The notes beneath the pieces were generated by a model that had not been told where the DNA came from, searched no databases, and was given only the letters and a program-made list of their open reading frames with translations. 11,203 nucleotides of DNA from Desulfurella sp. GTDB taxonomy: Bacteria > Campylobacterota_A > Desulfurellia > Desulfurellales > Desulfurellaceae. The stretch spans positions 1 to 11,203 of the forward strand of contig JAVRLY010000041.1 of the NCBI GenBank assembly GCA_031960885.1, given 5' to 3'. A program made the position numbers and the translations under genes. Every line of letters starts with the position of its first letter. Positions within the stretch are counted from its first letter, which is position 1. This document shows, piece by piece, positions 7,394-11,203 of the stretch.

Positions 7394-8686
7394 TTATAAA
7401 TCAAAGCCTTTTTCAGAGTGCACAGCTAGATCCAACCCCATCACTTCCGTTTCTTCATCAACTCTTATGCCGCCTGTTAGCAACGATACGATTTTTACTA
7501 TAACAAACGTGCCTATTGCTGTATATGTAATAGTTGCCGCAACAGCAATTGCCTGAATAAGCACTTGCTTTGGGTTTCCATAGATTAATCCTTTGCCCGC
7601 TGCATTTATCAAAGGATCTGCAAAAATGCCTGTTGCCAAAGCGCCCCATATGCCATTTAGAGCATGAACGCCAAAAGCATCCAAAGAATCATCATATTTA
7701 AAAAATCTCTTTATCGCTCCAGCGCCTAAGAAGCCCACAATACCAGAAATAAGTCCTATAACTAACGAACCGCCTAGATTTACAAAACCGCTTGCAGGCG
7801 TTATAGCAACAAGGCCAGCTACTGCGCCGCTTGCTGCGCCTAGCATTGTAGGGTGTTTATTTGCAATCCATTCACAATACATCCAACTTAAAGCGCCAAT
7901 TGCCGCTGCAGTGTTGGTTGCAACAAAAGCGCTTCCTGCCAATCCATTGGCTGCGCCTGCGCTCCCTGCATTAAACCCAAACCATCCAAACCATAAAAGC
8001 GCCGCGCCTAAAATTGTTAAGACCACAGAAGAAGGAGGCATTGCTTCTTTGCCATAGCCTTTTCTTTTACCAAGCATAAGCGCAAAAACTAAGCCTGCAA
8101 CGCCAGCGTTGATGTGTACCACAGTGCCGCCTGCAAAATCAATAGCGCCAAGTTTTGATAACCAGCCGCCGCCCCATACCCAGTGAGCTATTGGCACATA
8201 TATGAAGCTCATCCATAACAAACTAAACCATATCCAAGAAGAAAATTTTACGCGCTCAACTATAGAACCGCTTGCCAAAGCTACGGTAATTGCTGCAAAT
8301 GTCATCTGAAATGCCGCAAATACAAATGTTGGTATAGTTGTTCCAGGAAAGATGCTACTGCCGCTTACACCGGCAAGAAACAAATACTTGCTTGAGCCGA
8401 TAATTCCATCTATGTCTGGACCAAAAGTAAAGCTAAACCCCCATAGCATCCAAGCAATGCTTACAACTGCGTAAGCAATCAAAGATAAGCCTATTGTATT
8501 TAACATGTTTTTTGATCTTCCCATTCCTCCATAAAACAAAGCAAGTCCTGCTGGAGTCATAAGCATGACAAGAGCGCTAGACGTTAACATCCATGCAGTA
8601 TCACCAGAATTTAGACTGGGTGAAGCTGCAAATGCAAATGCAGGTATGCATAATATCCAAAAAAAGGTAAATAAAATTTTCTTCAT
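7394..8686 (-). CDS. amtB: Ammonium transporter, Amt family
   Basis: GDTAWML, PAGLALFYGG, FQMTFA, IAHWVWGGGW, DFAGGTVVH, WFGWFGFNAGS, DDSLDAFGVH (twin-His intact), C-terminal GLDLAVHSEKGF; cleavable signal peptide. Confidence 0.98.
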   Translation of the reverse strand: MKKILFTFFWILCIPAFAFAASPSLNSGDTAWMLTSSALVMLMTPAGLALFYGGMGRSKNMLNTIGLSLIAYAVVSIAWMLWGFSFTFGPDIDGIIGSSKYLFLAGVSGSSIFPGTTIPTFVFAAFQMTFAAITVALASGSIVERVKFSSWIWFSLLWMSFIYVPIAHWVWGGGWLSKLGAIDFAGGTVVHINAGVAGLVFALMLGKRKGYGKEAMPPSSVVLTILGAALLWFGWFGFNAGSAGAANGLAGSAFVATNTAAAIGALSWMYCEWIANKHPTMLGAASGAVAGLVAITPASGFVNLGGSLVIGLISGIVGFLGAGAIKRFFKYDDSLDAFGVHALNGIWGALATGIFADPLINAAGKGLIYGNPKQVLIQAIAVAATITYTAIGTFVIVKIVSLLTGGIRVDEETEVMGLDLAVHSEKGFDL

Positions 8687-8694
8687 ATATCCTC

Positions 8695-9042
<348 letters not shown>

Positions 9043-9067
9043 CTACAAAACAATATGCCAACACCTT

Positions 9068-9084
9068 AGCACAAAGTATTCCAA
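9068..9084 (-). promoter_or_regulatory. Sigma54 (-24/-12) promoter of glnK-amtB-porin
   Basis: Minus strand TTGGAATACTTTGTGCT: GG-N10-GC with correct spacing; predicted +1 near 9057, 24 nt before the glnK ATG. glnK-amtB operons are classically RpoN-dependent. Confidence 0.75.
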
Positions 9085-9135
9085 TACCGTTATCAAAGCA
9101 TAAGCATAATAATAAATGCGTATATTTAAAGATAG

Positions 9136-9173
9136 TATTTACAAAATTGTTAATATATTGACAAAATTGTTAA
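9136..9173. promoter_or_regulatory. Tandem palindromic transcription-factor sites (likely upstream activator sequences)
   Basis: TATTTACAAAATTGTTAA (9136-9153) and TATTGACAAAATTGTTAA (9156-9173): 17/18 identical, period 20 bp, each with a quasi-palindromic core; about -80 to -116 from the sigma54 start. Confidence 0.7.
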
Positions 9174-9250
9174 GAATTAACTATCAAATTTCGGTCTTGT
9201 TTAAATAAATTTTTAAATATTTTTAATTATGATTATTATTTAGTTATATA

Positions 9251-9279
9251 TTGACAATTAAAATTCTTTAGTATAGAAG
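9251..9279 (+). promoter_or_regulatory. Possible sigma70 promoter for sqr
   Basis: Perfect TTGACA at 9251-9256; -10 is ambiguous (TATAGA at 15 nt or TAGAAG at 17 nt). Confidence 0.35.
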
Positions 9280-9345
9280 TAAACTAATATAGATGTTAAA
9301 TAAGTTGGTTTTTATTTTTGGTTATTTTTTAAAAAGGGGGGAGCT

Positions 9346-10803
9346 ATGTCAAAAATTGTAGTGTTAGGTGCTGGTATAGCTGGTCATACTGCTGCATCAT
9401 ACCTTAGAAAATTATTACCAAAAGAGCACGAAGTAGTAGTGATCTCGCCAAATAGTAAATGGAATTGGATACCTTCTAATATCTGGGTTGGCGTAGGGGA
9501 AATGGAATTAGAAGATGTAACATTTGAACTTGGGCCGGTATATAAAAAATTTGGTATAATCTTTAAACAAGCAAAAGCAATAGCAATTTATCCAGAAGGC
9601 TCTTTAGATAACAATCAGCCATTTGTTGAAATTGAATATACTAGTAAAGACCTTATGGGAAAACATGAAAATATTAGCTATGATTACCTTATAAATGCAA
9701 CAGGACCAAAACTTAATTTTGATGCCACACAAGGTCTTGGTCCAGATAAAAACTCTTTATCTGTGTGCAGCGTGTCGCATGCAAAGCAAACAGCTTATGA
9801 GCTTAAAAAAACAATCGAAAATATGAAGGAAGGCAGAATAACAACATTTCTAATTGGCACGGGACATGGTCAATCAACCTGTCAAGGAGCTGCTTTTGAA
9901 TATGTGTTTAATCTAGATTTTGTTCTAAAAAGAGAGAAAGTTAAAGATAAAGCTAAAATCATTTTTATAACAAATGAATATGAATTGGGCGATTTTGGTA
10001 TGGGAGGCGCTCATATAAAAAAAGGCGGCTATATCACACATACGAAAGTATTTACTGAATCGCTATTTACAGAAAGAAATATTTCTTGGATAAAAAGGTC
10101 TCATATATATAGAGTTGATCCAAATAAAGCGTACTATGAGACGCTAAGTGGGGCCAAGGGAGAAATTGAGTTTGATTTTGCAATGCTTATTCCGCCCTTT
10201 GCTGGTGTTGGCTTAAAGGCATATAATAAACTCAATGAAGATATAACACAAAACTTATTTGCGCCAAATGGTTTTATGAAGGTTGACGCAGATTATAATA
10301 AAAAACCTTACGAAGACTGGAAAGCCTTTGACTGGCCAAAAACATACCAGAACCCAACGTATAAAAATATATTTGCAGCAGGCATAGCATTTGCACCACC
10401 ACATGCTATCTCAAAGCCATATGAAAGTGCTAGTGGGATACCAATTTTTGCAACAGCTCCGCGCACTGGCATGCCATCAGCTATAATAGGTAGAACTTGT
10501 GCTTTAAATATTGTTGACATGATTAAAAACGGAAATACAACACCAAAACATACCGCGTCTATGGCAGAAATTGGTGCTGCATGTGTAGCTTCAACTGGCG
10601 CTGGATTGTTTGCTGGCACTGCTGCGTCTATTACGGTATACCCAATTGTGCCTGATTTTGAAAAATACCCAGAATATGGCCGAGATTTAACATATACTTT
10701 TGGCGAAATCGGTCTTGCAGGTCATTGGATTAAATTATTACTGCATTACGCGTTTATTTATAAAGCAAAATTAAAACCATTGTGGTTTGTGTTACCTGAA
10801 TAG
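9346..10803 (+). CDS. sqr: Sulfide:quinone oxidoreductase, SqrD-like (type IV)
   Basis: FAD motif VVLGAGIAG, WIPSNIWVGVG, ATGPKLNF, SVC, TCQGAAFEY, ELGDFGMGG, PRTGMPS, AACVAS (three conserved Cys positions), C-terminal GLAGHWIK...YKAK...W..LPE as recalled for green-sulfur-bacterial SqrD. Subtype is from memory of motifs, not from a tree. Confidence 0.92.
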   Translation: MSKIVVLGAGIAGHTAASYLRKLLPKEHEVVVISPNSKWNWIPSNIWVGVGEMELEDVTFELGPVYKKFGIIFKQAKAIAIYPEGSLDNNQPFVEIEYTSKDLMGKHENISYDYLINATGPKLNFDATQGLGPDKNSLSVCSVSHAKQTAYELKKTIENMKEGRITTFLIGTGHGQSTCQGAAFEYVFNLDFVLKREKVKDKAKIIFITNEYELGDFGMGGAHIKKGGYITHTKVFTESLFTERNISWIKRSHIYRVDPNKAYYETLSGAKGEIEFDFAMLIPPFAGVGLKAYNKLNEDITQNLFAPNGFMKVDADYNKKPYEDWKAFDWPKTYQNPTYKNIFAAGIAFAPPHAISKPYESASGIPIFATAPRTGMPSAIIGRTCALNIVDMIKNGNTTPKHTASMAEIGAACVASTGAGLFAGTAASITVYPIVPDFEKYPEYGRDLTYTFGEIGLAGHWIKLLLHYAFIYKAKLKPLWFVLPE

Positions 10804-10811
10804 GAGGTAAA

Positions 10812-10967
10812 ATGATAGAAGAAAGAAAACCTTATGAACAGGCTTTTTTTGCTTCAAAGCCCACCACTTTTACGAAATTCTTGAGGACTTGCGTAATTTG
10901 GCAATTGGTCAAATTTATTATTATCAATATTAAAATGACTTTAATGTTGCTAAAGTCCCATAATTAA
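10812..10967 (+). CDS. Small basic/hydrophobic protein (51 aa) coupled to sqr
   Basis: Absent from the ORF track. MIEERKPYEQAFFASKPTTFTKFLRTCVIWQLVKFIIINIKMTLMLLKSHN; SD is fused with the sqr stop (TAGGAGG-TAAA-ATG), the same layout as glnK-amtB (TAGGAGG-ATAT-ATG). Confidence 0.8.
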   Translation: MIEERKPYEQAFFASKPTTFTKFLRTCVIWQLVKFIIINIKMTLMLLKSHN

Positions 10968-10984
10968 TTATGGGACTTTAGCAA
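10947..10984. repeat. 38-bp perfect palindrome, likely bidirectional terminator/hairpin between convergent genes
   Basis: TTGCTAAAGTCCCATAATT|AATTATGGGACTTTAGCAA with no mismatch and no spacer; covers both stop codons (10965-10967 and 10980-10978). Confidence 0.85.
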
Positions 10985-11203
10985 ATCGGTCCGATATTTA
11001 TAGGAATTTTATTTTGTTTTTGTAAATTTGTAAAGGTTCCACAAAAACTCCATACCGATTGTTTATCGAACATTGCATTAGCTATAAACCAGAATGCACT
11101 AGAGTAATGACCACTTTGGCAGTATGATATCGAAGGTTTGTTTATATCTATATTTTCTTTTGTAAACAAATTTTCTATAGTCGTTTTTGGTTTTATAATC
11201 CAA
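10978..11203 (-). CDS. Rhodanese/sulfurtransferase, C-terminal part (5' end beyond the window)
   Basis: Frame stays open to the window edge: WIIKPKTTIENLFTKENIDINKPSISYCQSGHYSSAFWF.... This matches the catalytic-domain pattern LF---GID-DKP-I-YC-SG--[AS]S--WF. The track's start at 11169 is an internal TTG. Confidence 0.8.
   Translation of the reverse strand, partial: WIIKPKTTIENLFTKENIDINKPSISYCQSGHYSSAFWFIANAMFDKQSVWSFCGTFTNLQKQNKIPINIGPIC

Noticed and set aside
6426..7649. ORFs 6426-6743 (+), 7046-7252 (+) and 7458-7649 (-)
   Set aside because: Antisense or off-frame shadows of the porin and amtB genes.
9044..9061. Second sigma54-like motif TTGGCATATTGTTTTGTA upstream of glnK
   Set aside because: Good -24 box but no GC at the required GG-N10 position, and it is too close to the SD.
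9148..9163. GlnR/TnrA box
   Set aside because: Spacing is TGTTA-N6-TGACA rather than N7, and the sigma54 promoter points to an enhancer-binding protein.
10308..10619. 103-aa ORF on the minus strand
   Set aside because: Antisense mirror of the conserved sqr frame.

Overview
AT-rich bacterial chromosome segment, probably from a diderm sulfur-metabolising bacterium (Desulfurella/Campylobacterota-like by style only; not verifiable here). Left to right: (-) a translationally coupled operon of two hypothetical proteins and a family I CoA-transferase alpha subunit that the ORF track missed, runs off the left edge and carries a ~50-aa insertion; (+) Sel1-repeat exported protein, YddA/ABCD-type fused ABC transporter and ilvA; an intergenic region with back-to-back sigma70-like promoters and a candidate ~105-nt structured, C/U-rich small RNA; (-) glnK-amtB-outer-membrane beta-barrel operon behind a clear sigma54 promoter with tandem palindromic upstream sites; (+) SqrD-like (type IV) sulfide:quinone oxidoreductase followed by an unannotated, coupled 51-aa peptide; a 38-bp perfect palindrome; and (-) the 3' end of a divergent rhodanese. 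No rRNA, tRNA, CRISPR array or mobile element was seen. The best candidates for undescribed biology are the sRNA at ~5967-6073, the SQR-associated microprotein, the ammonium-uptake operon with its own porin, and the two-orphan-gene CoA-transferase operon.
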